Counted from the first letter of the whole stretch, positions 11,887 to 24,227 are shown. The stretch is DNA of 63,951 nt, filler included, from Bigelowiella natans CCMP2755 (GCA_000320545.1; 8 parts of 8 records of this genome joined end to end with filler, not necessarily neighbours in it); one strand, 5' to 3'. Notes: generated from the letters alone by a model not told the origin. Translations and numbers: made by a program.

Positions 11887-12180
11887 GTCTCATCACCAAC
11901 AGGGTGCTGACAAGTCCTTGCAACGAGTGTTGTTGAGGCTCTGCTGCATGCAAACGCCTGTCTCCCATGTGGTTCTGGCGCATGTAGATTTGATCAACGC
12001 TTTGTTCATTGTTCATTGTTCATTGTCCGAAATCATCAAGAAGCTGCTCATCCTCGTCAACAGGTGCTGACAAGTCCTCGCAATGATTTTTGTTGAGGCA
12101 TCGCTGCTGCATGCACACCTGTTTCCATGTGGTTCTGGCGCATGCAGACTTGCATCAATGCTTTGTTCATTGTTCATTGT
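11887..12180 (+). mobile_element. Two tandem copies of a short retroposon 3' end (family B) with (TTGTTCA)n tail
   Basis: CTCATC..CAACAGG(G)TGCTGACAAGTCCT...CCATGTGGTTCTGGCGCATG...(TTGTTCA)n at about 11887-12025 and 12047-12180; a third copy lies at 46955-47340. Confidence 0.75.
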
Positions 12181-12892
12181 TTGTTGCCAATTCCCATCTC
12201 TGATCTAGCCATGGTGTCCACTTCGTTCATTCACTCATTCATGTGATCAGAGGGAGCAATGAATCAAAGAGCTGAAGAGCTGCGTGCCCATGTTCAATCA
12301 TTGAGAAGACGTGAGAAAGCTAGAAAGGCTCTCACGATGCCAGTGTCCTTTGGTTTCGTTTTTGGGTGAGTGGAATGCACCAGTGCACATCGACGTGGTG
12401 CTCAGTTGGTCAGTTCGAAGCACAGGTGTTCAGGAGTTCAATGACACTGACGTGTGTGTGTTTCTGCGTCACCACGTCCTTTGAGCCTTCTTCACAACGA
12501 CTTTGACCACTTCTTTCGCATGCCCTTGTGTGTCATTTGCATTTGCGTTCGTGATTGTGACTGCAATCCATCTAGCCATGCCAGCATGAGCTTGCTTGTG
12601 AGCATCTGACGAGCACACTGTGCATCTGTGCATGGATGTCACGTGCGTGCACACGTGTGTCATGGTGGAAAAAATTGGCATGCTTGTGCATGTCTCCACG
12701 GCGCGATGCACAAACCCTGCCACGAGCTTGCATTGCGCGGACCGTTGTGTGCACGCCGCGAATGAGAAAGCAACATCAACCCTTTAATTGCATGTCCAAA
12801 CGATGGCATCGTTAATAATTTGACATGCAGCATGTACAGATGGTCAAGAAAATGTTGATAGCCAAAAGATACACCAGATGTCTAGTTAGTCT

Positions 12893-13152
12893 TCATGTAA
12901 TGTGGTACAAAAAGATCAAATCCAGAGCGCGCACATGCCATATAAGTTCAGCTGGTTGCACTCTGCCATCGAGCCTTGCGATTAATTCCGCAACTTTCTG
13001 TTTTCCCCGAACATATTTTCCCCGAGGGCAATTACACCGAGCATTCCAACCGTGGTTGTCGTCGCAAACGTGGCAAAAAATCTGATTTTCTGCCGGTGTC
13101 GTGGCGGCAGACGATTGTAGCTGAGAAGTAGCTTCGGCCAGAGGTAAATCAC
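12893..13152 (-). CDS. Probable terminal exon of an unknown gene cut by the contig end
   Basis: TTCTTGCAG acceptor followed by an open frame containing FCHVCDDNHGWNARCNCP. Confidence 0.3.
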
Positions 13153-13365
13153 CTGCAAGAATGCAATGTACGCGGCTAATTGAGAGGATGGAACGAGAAT
13201 CAGAAGAAGGATAAACAAAACAGAGGCTGATCAACACCGTGTATTCAATTGGGATGATCGTCAGTCCTGCAAGAGACGCAAAGCTCCACCCCTAGCAAAC
13301 AGATAAAGTGTTACACATGACATGTGCTCGGGTTCCAAGATTATTCAGACACTTCTTGGAGGCGT

Positions 13366-13465
13366 NNNNNNNNNNNNNNNNNNNNNNNNNNNNNNNNNNN
13401 NNNNNNNNNTTAATTAATTAANNNNNNNNNNNNNNNNNNNNNNNNNNNNNNNNNNNNNNNNNNNN
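13366..13465. other. Assembly linker
   Basis: N44-TTAATTAATTAA-N44 (stop codons in all six frames). Confidence 0.98.
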
Positions 13466-13544
13466 TGCGTGAGGCAGACCGAAACAAGGCGTTCGCACTG
13501 TGTTCAAAGGTGGGTGTCCAAGGAGTAAATGCTAAACGATGTTA

Positions 13545-13582
<38 letters not shown>

Positions 13583-14521
13583 GCATATATGTATATTATG
13601 CTGATAGAAAATGCATGTTGTGAAACAAGAGAAGTGCATCGAGAGTCGCCGTTTTCCATTCCCTCGCTACATACCATCATACCGTCGCGTGACATCAGAA
13701 TTCTCCCTCTTTGTGCGCCGTTTCAGGGCCAAGGAGCTCGGGCAGCCCCTCGCCATCAAGCTGATCGCCAGATGCAATGCAAACCAATGACGACGGCCAC
13801 GGCCACTGTGGTGAGCTGCACGCCGCACCAACAAATGATATAACGGCGCCGACGCAACAAAATGCGCGAATAACAGCTAGATGGCCCGCACCGAGTCGCT
13901 AGGTCGGCTGGCATCAAAGTTCGGATTGTGCATCATTGCCACTACTACGTACGACCAGCGAGCATTGGATCGAGGCGATGTGTGGAGCCCGTTACACACA
14001 CTGCATGCACGCACACACTAGGCAATTTGTGTGGTCAGTCACGTTGGCCATGTTGCTGCAACCAGCGAAGATGAATGGCAGAGCATGCAGCGTCGCGATC
14101 GAGAAAGACAGCAAAACATGTGCATGTGGTGACGGACCGGGCTTGCTAGCTTGCGTGCATGCGCATGAAGCCATGCTAGCATGACATATGAGCATGCAGC
14201 ACAAAAGTGCATCGTTGTGCGTTGGAATGCGCATTCACATATCAACAAAAAAATGTCTTGCTTGCTATACACTGGTACAGCCCAATCGACAGCGCCGCAC
14301 TAACATGAGCATGTACCATACGTGCTCAAATTTCTGGAGGCCGTCGCCGGCGCATTATAATAACTAACAACATCATCTAGACCATGACCTTCAAATGAGT
14401 GTTTCAGCATGAAATCATCGTGGAATGACGATTGGTGTACCAGCGCCTCGCCATCACGATGCTAATCCCATGATCGCTAGAATCGCCTACAAGCTCATCT
14501 CGTTGAGACTTGATCTGTATA

Positions 14522-14810
14522 TCACATCTCCGCCCTGACAATTTTCCCATCAACCATCTTCTCGTCGGCATTGCTTTGTCGGAACTCCATGTATGGTCTT
14601 TTGCCGCCAGCAAGCCCCTTGCGGTACTTGTACCAGTAGCAATGTGGGTGAAAATAGCAAAAAGGGAGCGTGATTATAAGTGCGACGCCGAAGACCAATC
14701 CGATCACAAGACCTGATGATAACGCAACAAAGGGGTGGTGGAGGCTTGATTTCTGACCTGTTACAAGTCGCTCAGACAGCTGTCTCTCTGGGGTGCTTTC
14801 ATAACATTCG

Positions 14811-14851
<41 letters not shown>

Positions 14852-14944
14852 ATCTCTCTCTTACACACACCTTACGCACATCTTACACACACACACACAC
14901 ACACACGCTAACACACAAATACCAGATATGAACAAAAATGGAAG

Positions 14945-14997
<53 letters not shown>

Positions 14998-16927
14998 GGA
15001 GCACAGCACAAGCTTCATCTTTTTAATATTCAGTGGACACCTGCCACTGCCCCTCCTTTGATCTCGCAAGAGCAGCTTCCACAATCCTTCTCAATGAATG
15101 CGCCGTTACATTGCAAACAGTGTTGCTCAAAAGACCCTTTCTTGATGCAGATGGTTCCACCACTCTTACAGACTGTTTGCCCTGGAACGCTGCTCGCGGT
15201 TATGCACACTGAGATTGGGAGACCTGCAAAGGGAGGGGAGGGCGAGCAGCAGGACAAGTCATCGAAAGCGAAGGAATAACGGTCAAAGAAGATTCCTCTC
15301 AACTTCATCGTTGCCCAGCCGCCCTCACTCATTTCACTGCCTAATTCAAAATACCTTCTGTTGGATCTTGAGTCGGCTGGAGCGTGGGGACTTGCGGCGT
15401 GGGGCGCTGCGTGGGGGAATTAGTGACGAGTCTAGTCACAGCACTCGAAACCGTCGTCTGCAATGCCTGCAATTAGAGAACCAACACACTACCGTTATTG
15501 AGAGCGGCGAGGTGCGCGATTCCAATGAAGGGCGCATTCGAATCATAGGTGGGCTTGCCCCATGTCGCTGCTGCTACCTGTGACAGCTGAGAGAGAGGCG
15601 TGTTCTCAATCGTCGCGTAATTGTCGTAGTACGGGAGCTGGCTGGACATTATCACGCTGCCGGCGGAATACACCGAGCGGATATCATACCAATATACGGG
15701 GCGAGCCTGGGTGCTGAGGATCCCAGCTAAAGCTGGTAACGGCAGCCAACCAACCAACGACGACGACAACACCGACATGCAAGCGGTTAATCACCATCAA
15801 GAAATCCGAACGAGTAAGACTCTGATCAGGAGGAGAGATTGATTGCAGGGTTTTAAGGGGAAGGGGGGGAGTGGAGGTGGGGACACGCGAACGGCTCTCA
15901 TCAGACAACACACCACACACACACACACGCACACACCTGTCTGCCATCGTCTTTCGATCGTCGCATTCAGGTTTCCAAAGGACACTGCGGGAAGGGTCAG
16001 AAATAACCGTGTATTGAGTGTCGGGGACAGCGTGGGGCTCGACGTTGGCGCGGCGGTTGGGACCTTGACAGTCGGTGATGCTGTCGACGGGCTCTGGGTG
16101 GGAGATAGGGTGTACGGCATGCAGAAGGCGGTGTTCTCGCACATTGAAACCCCTGCGTCCGAACCTAGTGTGTGCAGAGCAACGCTTGCATTGTCTTGTC
16201 CGTGCAGCATGAAATAGGTGACGGTGTCGTTGGCTCCTGGCCCCACCGTGTAGCGGCACATCTTGCAGATCTTCTCGGAGTCCGTGCGGTTACTGCGGTA
16301 GTAGGACACGTAGAAGGAGTAGTTGCCGTGCATGTAATCCCTCTTCTGGAAGGTGTCGTCGGACCTGTAGTTCGGGATCAAGGCCCCATCGAGAGAGGGC
16401 CATGTGAAGAAGAACTCCCTCTCCAGCATGTTTACGAAGGAAAACTGCGCGACTCCGAAGGACTGTGGGATGTAGCAGAACGAGCCCTCAGCGCCACTGA
16501 CGAGCGCGACCTGTGTGTTGTTGAGTTTGGAGTAAACTGAGACCAGGTTGAAGTTGTCCCCGTGGGCCTTGGTGCTGCAGAGTCGGTTCATCGGCTGGGT
16601 GTCTCCGGGAAGCTGGGGCCCCGGACTGCTATTAGTCTCGTTCTCCGAGCGGAACACCATATTGTCGAAGAATGCGTACTGTTTGGTAGAGTTCCACGGG
16701 TAATCCGTGCAGCTGAGGGGGGCCACTGGCCCCGTGATCGTGTCAGGCTGGAGACCTTGGAACGTATTCGTTAGCTCGATGTAGAAGTTTGGGTTTCCAC
16801 CCGGTTCTATCGCCGTTGACAAGAAGTTACAAACAGTGGCTTTTGGCTCGCTGGTGGCCTCCGCGGGGGTCGGGGAGAACCCAGAGCCCAGCGCCGCCGC
16901 GACGAGGAGGATGATCATGCAGATCAT
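14522..16927 (-). CDS. Type I membrane glycoprotein with PTxSPT mucin-like repeats and Cys-rich juxtamembrane region, about 5 exons
   Basis: Signal peptide MICMIILLVAAALGSG; many NxS/T sites; SPTQSPSTASPTVKVPTAAPT and SPTQRPTPQVPTLQPT; Cys-rich exon ending GGAVAG splices to TM LVIGLVFGVALIITLPFCYF and a short tail. Confidence 0.8.
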
Positions 16928-17535
16928 TCGAGATATGATCTTGGATTGGCCGAGAGATGATCGTTGGAAATTTTGCGAGAGACCCCTCGGAGACTCTCCG
17001 AGTTGGTACGGCTTTCAGACTCTTTGGAGATTCTCCGGAGTGGCTATTCGGAGACTCTTCGAAGACTTTTCAGCTGGGTGCAACTCGTGAGAGTCGCTCG
17101 AGTTTTGGAAAGACAGAAATTTCCCAGAATGAAGCGTTTCATCACTGCATAGTAAGACAACCGAATAACGCCCGAACACCCTCCAAACGCAGTCCATTTC
17201 TAATGGCTCCAACTTGCTCGTTGAAACAAAGCGACATGCAAAACAGGTGCGATGTAAGCCTGGGTCCCCTAAACCATGGAATTTCAACAGCGCGACATAT
17301 AAAATATCCCTTTTTTATTCGTTTCAAATTTTGCTCAAGCTGCCGTTCCTTCTACTCCTTCTACGGAGCCGAAAGGCAGAAGGAGAGACCTCTTCTCCAG
17401 AACATCCGCCACAACCCAAAAAGTCAAAGAACCAAGAAACAGAAATCTAACACAGCTACAAAGTCACTTTCAAAGAGAATGACAGTATTACACACCAGAA
17501 AGTCTACCCTCCACCACCTAAAGCACGCCAGGACG

Positions 17536-19338
17536 ATGGCGGGTCCAGAGGGGAGATATGAGAAGAAAGAGAGGAGGGAGACCTCAGAGAAGGACCTCCA
17601 TGTTTATTGGGACATCGAGGGCTGCCGCGTCTCCCTGCGTCCTCAGGACAGTACAAAAACAGTCGAAGCAATCACCAAGAGCATGAAGAATGCGTTCCAG
17701 AAAGATCACGGTGGCCGAGAGCCGAAGAACATTCGCATCATGGCGTACGTTCAGACGTCTTGGGCTAGCAAGTTTCAGAACCAGGCCATGCTGCAGGAGA
17801 TTCAGCAGGCCGGTGTGCAGCTTGTCCTCGTTGCCAACCCGCACAACAAACCCCAGGTCGCAGACATACAGATTATGAGGGACATTTTTCAGTACTTGCA
17901 ATCGCGGAGGGGCGGGGAGGCAGCAGTCGGGCTCATCGCCGCTGACGGAGACTTCGCAGGTCACTTGGCAGTGCTCAAGAGCAGCAAAGTTTCTACCTAC
18001 GTGATAACCAGTGCGAAAGGCGGATCTCGAAGTTGTCTGCACCAATTTAATGTCATTGGAGAATGGCCGTTAGACACAGCAAAGGACGTCTTTGAATGTC
18101 AGCAGCCACCCATGAAGCAGCACTCGCCAGTCGGGAGGAGCATATTCAGTCGCCAGAGTTACACCCAAAGAAAAGAATGCTTCCCAGTTTCAGTGAATCC
18201 AGGGCCCCAGCTCACAGTGAAAAACAACTTCGAAATTGAAGGCCAAATCGCCACAACCGGGCCGATGTATGGATTTATCAAGGCTGAAGTCCCCATTCAA
18301 TTCAGGACCAGCAGTGCTAGAATCGCCCCTTGTGGGGCTGATTTGAACCCTGGAACGGTCGTTTCGCTCAGTTTCAGCATGGATGCAAACGGGGTCTTGT
18401 TCACCAAATACATCAATGTGGTAGCAGAGGGCACGGATCAGCAAGGGGTTGGTAAAAAGAGTAGCTACTCGCGTGGAGTGGTGAAGCGCGTAGGAGAGAC
18501 TCATAATCCCAGCACGGGTTTGATCATTGCAGAAGTTTTCATTTACTACAAAACGGAAATGCTTCCTAAGGCGAGCATTGGTGATTTGGTCAAGGTCGAT
18601 GCAAAATTTGTCACGGTTGGGAGGCTCTCTGCTGTAAAGGTCAATCCTCTCGCGACAAACCCATCCTCTGCGAAGAAGCAACGGAAGGAGGAGAAGCATC
18701 AGCAATCTGGGGCATTTTCCTTCTTTTCTTCGATGTTCAATATCTTTGGCACTCCAGAGTCTTCCCCTTCGCCAGTCTCGTCGTTGCCGTGCTCCTCAGG
18801 AGGAAATTCACCGAAAAAGATGGGGAGGAGGATTTCTCTAAGACAGGGGCGGAGGCCAGGCCGCAAAGCCAGAGCACACACTGCATCACGCACCCCGTCC
18901 CCGAAGATGACGACGAAACAAAATGCGCCCCCTTCCAGAGTACCCGGCAAGGTGAAGATGGTCGAAGGGCCTTTCGCCATTGCAGAGATTCACGGAGGGA
19001 AGATCGTTCATTTCAGTGCTGACCACTGCACTCACCAAAACCCCCAAATAGGAGATGTTGTGTTGGTGTCCTACCACAATGGGGACGAGAAGACTGCTGA
19101 TGATGACCTCATTATTGCATCAAACGTTCAAAAAATCATCACATCTTACGGGAACATCAGGAAGATCGGACCCTCGTGTGGGTTGATTAAGATTCCGTCG
19201 GTGAAGAGAGATGTGTTCTTCAGAAGGGAAACTCTACATGAATGCTCTCAGCCAGTCAATGGCGCTTCAGTGTTGGTTTCGTATGTTCACCATAGGAACG
19301 GGAACCTCGAGGCAATGCACGTCCGTGGAAGACAGTGA
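17536..19338 (+). CDS. NYN (PIN-like) ribonuclease domain plus about four cold-shock/OB-fold domains, intronless
   Basis: VYWDIEGC, KPQVADIQI and LIAADGDF match NYN acidic motifs; CSD-like repeats (YGFIKAEV, CGLIKIPSVKRDVFF...GNLEAMHV). The frame is open from 16957; the start at 17536 is inferred. Confidence 0.75.
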   Translation: MAGPEGRYEKKERRETSEKDLHVYWDIEGCRVSLRPQDSTKTVEAITKSMKNAFQKDHGGREPKNIRIMAYVQTSWASKFQNQAMLQEIQQAGVQLVLVANPHNKPQVADIQIMRDIFQYLQSRRGGEAAVGLIAADGDFAGHLAVLKSSKVSTYVITSAKGGSRSCLHQFNVIGEWPLDTAKDVFECQQPPMKQHSPVGRSIFSRQSYTQRKECFPVSVNPGPQLTVKNNFEIEGQIATTGPMYGFIKAEVPIQFRTSSARIAPCGADLNPGTVVSLSFSMDANGVLFTKYINVVAEGTDQQGVGKKSSYSRGVVKRVGETHNPSTGLIIAEVFIYYKTEMLPKASIGDLVKVDAKFVTVGRLSAVKVNPLATNPSSAKKQRKEEKHQQSGAFSFFSSMFNIFGTPESSPSPVSSLPCSSGGNSPKKMGRRISLRQGRRPGRKARAHTASRTPSPKMTTKQNAPPSRVPGKVKMVEGPFAIAEIHGGKIVHFSADHCTHQNPQIGDVVLVSYHNGDEKTADDDLIIASNVQKIITSYGNIRKIGPSCGLIKIPSVKRDVFFRRETLHECSQPVNGASVLVSYVHHRNGNLEAMHVRGRQ

Positions 19339-20584
19339 TGCTAGTTGTATGCCAAAAATAAATAATGATTGCAGTACAAGAATTTAAGAACAGAAATAAA
19401 AAAATACCTGGCACTTGTTTGGCCAACGAATCTAGGAGAGACAATTTTGCCGTTGGATAAAATGGAAACTAAACATACCAATCAATGAACTGAACTTATT
19501 CTTTAATAACACTAAATCTTTAGAGCTACAACGGTCATACGTTTGTAATTTTCATGATGTGCAGCCTGCTAGCTACAACGCCGCTCAAATTATTAGTTGA
19601 CCTTTGCACCAAATCCATGTGTGCGATGCCATGTTTAGCGCCAGGTGATCTAACGATCTAACGTAGCTATGATGCGAGCACCTGCTATGACAATGATGTA
19701 TCAATAACACATGTGCAGACACATGCTGCACACATGATTTGTTCTTGCATTGACCATAGCACTGTGCATCCTTCACATGCTAGCTTGGCTAGATGGACAG
19801 TCGCCATCATTCACCTACAGTTAGATGTAGATAGAGCATGACGCCACACTGTGCGTAGCTATGTGACGCACCACCGCGCGTACGTGCGATAGCTACGACG
19901 CATCTAAACGTGTCGATCTAGGCACAGTGCGACATTGCAACATCTAGCTAGATGACTCTCTGTTAGCAGATCTTGTGATGTTTTCCTTGATAAGGGATGA
20001 CACCACTGACACCACAAGTGCTAGCGTATACAAATAATGAGTGCACACACTAGCTATATATAGCTAGCTGCTAGCTAGGACACGTGCATGCTAGCATGGT
20101 CTTTGGCGCCCATCTATATATATAGCCAATAAATGATGAATATGCTAGTATGGATCGACGCATCGCATGCTAGCTAGCTAGCTAGCTAGCATGCTAGCAT
20201 GAAGCACGCTAGCACGTGACGCAGTGCACGTAATCGCATGCATGTACGTGCGTGTACTCATTTCGTGCTAGCTATGCTAGCTAGTGCAGCTGCATGCGTT
20301 GTACACGTCACATTGCAAGCAGTAGATTGTAGCTTTAGTTAGGCCAGACACAATGATCGGAATCAGCTACATATGCTAGTATGTGTCAGAAAAGCGGATT
20401 TCATGTCTTTGAGTAGGCACGTACATGCTACGTTACTAGCTAGCATTTGTTGCTGCAGTGTAATAAGAACGACGCAATGTAGCCGTAGCATAGCATTGGG
20501 CCAAACTACATGCATGACTCCATTTATTTGAGTGGATGCTTTATCTTAAAAACATGATACGATTGAAAACGTATGAAGATCCTT

Positions 20585-21688
20585 CTACAAAATGTAAGAG
20601 ACGTTACTTCGTGCTTTGGCCTCTTCTTCTTCAATACCTTTCTTCATCTCAGTTACATACTTCTGAAACTCTCTTCTCATCTTCTGAATGAACCATGCAA
20701 ATATCCCAACTTTTTTCTCATTTCCAGGATTGTTCAGCTCTTCCAAATACTTGTCCAAGTTTTGAATAGATGGATTGCACATTGGTACTGAAAGAAAAAG
20801 CTGTAAGTTGCTGCATAAATCGACTTTGTGATGATGCTTACCTACGTACTTCCGATCTGCATCTAATTTAATTTGAAATGAAAACAGCTTCTCTGGTTTC
20901 TCCTTATCAATTTGCTGAAAATTGATTTGAATGGCACCTGCCCACCACATTAAACATTTCACGAGAAGTATTTTTGAATGTGTGCTTGTGTGTGCGAACC
21001 ATGGTCGAGCTTCATTATCTCCATTCCTGTCCGCTTTCTGAGATTTACAAAACTGTTGGCTATTTGCTTTTTCTCAGAACCAACAACACTTTCACCTGAA
21101 AAGCTCACACTGCTCTCGAACACTCTTGGCATCAGTCTCTTCGATCCGCTTCGCAGATTCAATCTCTAATGACAATTTGTGAAGCGTTAAGTTTTATCTA
21201 TCAAATTCAGTGTCACACGTTCACTACCCGCCTCGAGCTTCTGCAAATCTTCACGGATCTTTTCTGACTTCATTTTCATGTTTGCAATGTCATCTGGAAT
21301 ACTCTTTGAATTAGCTTCAAGTTTAGTCCGTTGAACCTCCAGATCTTTTACCCGTGACTGTAAAGCCGACAGAGCTGAGGTTGAAAGAGCATAGTTAGTA
21401 AATGTAATTCGCTCCCAATTTCGGTACCTTTCGTTTTGTCCACGAGTTTGAACTGCAATTGAGCCTCCCTGTTTTCAAGTTTCTTCCGAATTTCTGATTA
21501 CACACAATTTTTAGCTTCGTCGTTCAAAAACAAATTCTCTTTCTATCACCTCCATTTTGTTCAAGCATCGACCGGCATTCCGAACCAAGCTTGTTGATAC
21601 TGGTTACGACGGTATCGCTGAAATGTTTTAGTTCTTGTTGAAACCTCTGCATTTCGGTGTTGATCTCGAAGGAAGTTTCTGCGATCAT
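20585..21688 (-). CDS. SPC25: Kinetochore protein Spc25 (Ndc80 complex), short introns
   Basis: Coiled-coil N-terminal exons, then INFQQIDKEKPEKLFSFQIKL...KYV..CNPSIQNLDKYLEELN...FAWFIQKMRREF, typical of the Spc25 C-terminal RWD domain. Confidence 0.8.
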
Positions 21689-22176
21689 GGCAAAGAGGGG
21701 GGGGGAGGGCAACGACAAGGCGCGAAGGTATTTCTTATTTCGGTTAGAATTTGTTGCCGAGATGGAACTTATTTATTCGGGTTGTGAGATTTCTGTCGTA
21801 AATAAACGCCCTGCGAGACTCCATAGCGACAAAGCTCATCGCGCGATATTTTCCAGCGTTCTTTCTGGAAACAGACAGCCGACCTGACTATCTCCGGTCC
21901 GATCGGATGTTTTTCCGAAGGAAAACCTGCCCGAAAACTCCCGTCAGGAATCACGGCTCTCTCGGTGGACAAAGCCCGTCCGGAATGAGAATTTTAGGAA
22001 ATTTTTCAAGCACAATATATCCTATTAAAGAAGAAAACGTTTCCTGTTTGCTTTTGTGCTGCGGCGTCGGGATAACAGAATGGAAGCGAGGTGAGAAGAG
22101 AGTGCTAAAATTCGTATTTGACGGTGCAGCAGAAGGGAGGGAAGGCTTCTGAAAAGAAAGACCATCCTTCCCAAGG

Positions 22177-24227
22177 ATGGCGTTTTCGACTAGGAAGGCG
22201 GTGGGCGATTTGATCGAGCAGAAGAGGAAGAAGGTCCTGCGGAGCGTGCGATTCGTCATGGAGGAAATAGGTAACCTTGATCCCGTTCGCTTTGTTTCTG
22301 GCGGTGTTTTTTAACAGAATCTTCGCGGAATGCTAAAGGCTTTTCGAGAAGGACGGCTTGAGCATGTAATCCCATTCCCGTGAGAGCGACCTTTGCTGGC
22401 AATGCATCTGAACCTATCCCACCCCACCGCGTCAGTTTCTCTTGTCGGACGATTCGGCAGGAGGGGGCAAGCCCAGGTCGACGCGGTCCGCACCAAGAAT
22501 AATGAAAGGTACTGTCACGTAGGCATGGTTTGCGTCATTGAGCGTTGAGTCATCGTCCCATTCAGCGTTGAGTCATCGTCCAGAACGTCCGAAGCGATAG
22601 AGTTATTCTCAGTTTTTCCCCTTAAACAAATGTGATGCTGGGATACTCGATTATTATATGTGTACAAAACATGCTGAAATTACCACAGATATACGCCCAT
22701 AAACACGAAGTGAAGAGAGAATACAATATATTGTACATATCAAATATATACATATATATATATATATATATAGAGAGAGAAAGAAAGAGAGAGGGGGGTA
22801 GGGGGAGGAGCGGGAGCAACAACAAAACACAATTGCGCATTTTTTTTAAAAGGAGTATTCGAGGAAAAGAACGATAGAGATAAAGCTTGGCACTCGAGAC
22901 GGATGATTGGCACTATAAATACGAGTAGGCACACGCATCACAAGAAGGGGACCGTACCACACTCGAAAACCAATAGCGAAAGCAGCGCCAGTCGCAACAT
23001 CACTAAAACGACCAATTCAAGGACGCAGAAGCAGCAGCTTGAAAGGGGGGGGGGAGGCCGGGATAACGCTGCAATGGTCTCAAATTTTAAGGTTGATCGT
23101 GGTGAGGGGACACACAAAAAATGCTTGTGAGAACGTATATGTCGTGTCTGTGATTAAGGCTCTGAACAAGGTGGAAAGAGTGAAGTTGATGCTGAAGAAG
23201 AAGAGGGAGCAGGCAGGGGGGGCTAAGCGGACATTCAAATCAATAGATTCCGCGCGAATTATTACACAAAACGCAAGGAGTACTCAGAACAACAGTAATG
23301 TTTGATTTTTGATTCCACCAACTCGTGATTTATGCTTTATATTCCGCAAGCAGATATTGTTTTTGTCCTGCCCTGCCCTGCCCTGCCCTGCCCTGCCCTG
23401 CGATATGGCAATTGCAGGACCAAAATCCGTTTCTCCAGCTTGCACTTAGAAGCCTATGCTGTTGTCCTTCTCGCTGCTTTTTGTACGAAATGTCACGTTG
23501 CATCGTCGTCCGACGATGCAAATGGCACCATGTATGTCTGCTATATGATGGAAGATTGTCGTGTACCTGCATATCCGTTTGTGCCCGTTTCGCCCATGAA
23601 TGGGGGTCTATGAAGCTTGCGAGAATCCCAAATTAGGCCTCACATACACGTGCTTTGGCAGCACCGTCTTCTGTAATGAAGTCAGCACCGCCAAGAGAGA
23701 CGTCCTCGTCATCCACTGGCACATTCTCGAAAGCATCATCTAGACCCACTCGATCAGGTTCCTGGAAGTGGTTGATATCTTTGTGGTGTTTGCATATTTG
23801 GTGGTAGTGGGGGTGGTGGTTTATGTGTCTTTGGCACTGCTCGTGTTTCGATCAAATGAGACGCGCCTTTTTTATGTGCCAGCCCCTCGCTCAAGAAGCC
23901 GCCCGACTCGAAAGCCCCCCTCACGCAGTACAAACAATGAATCACATTAGCATAGCATAAAGAAAGCGTATGAGGTCATTAGCAGCTACTTCTTGTCGCG
24001 CCTGTGTTTAGTTCTTGTATTTTTGGCGACGATGGAAGAATGTTTGAGTATATTATGGATTACTGAAATGCACAGGTTTCGGGGCGACGTCGAATAACAA
24101 ACAGAGCACACGTAATAGACCCGAATGCAATCCGGTGAAGAAGTTCTGTCCAGAGTGCGGGAAGAAGCTGCGAATCCATCCAAATGGAAAGTATTGTGCT
24201 AACTGTGGCGAGCTCATAATCAGCTGA
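22177..24227 (+). CDS. Multi-exon low-complexity protein with C-terminal double zinc ribbon
   Basis: Last exon 24076-24227 reads KKFCPECGKKLRIHPNGKYCANCGELIIS*. Upstream exons and start are uncertain. Confidence 0.5.

Larger units (their letters stand above)
10895..12783. other. TpA-depleted repeat-derived domain
   Basis: Manual count over 10921-12780: 11 TpA in 1860 bp (8 CTAG, 3 GTAG); CpG is still common. Confidence 0.9.

Noticed and set aside
10921-12780. Classical RIP or CpG decay as the sole cause of CA/TG excess
   Set aside because: Neither removes TpA, and CpG remains frequent here; they may contribute but cannot explain the pattern.
13366-13465. Recurrent TTAATTAATTAA flanked by Ns (7 times)
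   Set aside because: Artificial six-frame-stop linker. Genes do not continue across it, so cross-gap neighbourhoods are not interpreted.
16957-17535. 193-aa N-terminal extension of the NYN ORF
   Set aside because: Overlaps the presumed bidirectional promoter/5' UTR and has no domain-like content; downstream ATG preferred but unproven.
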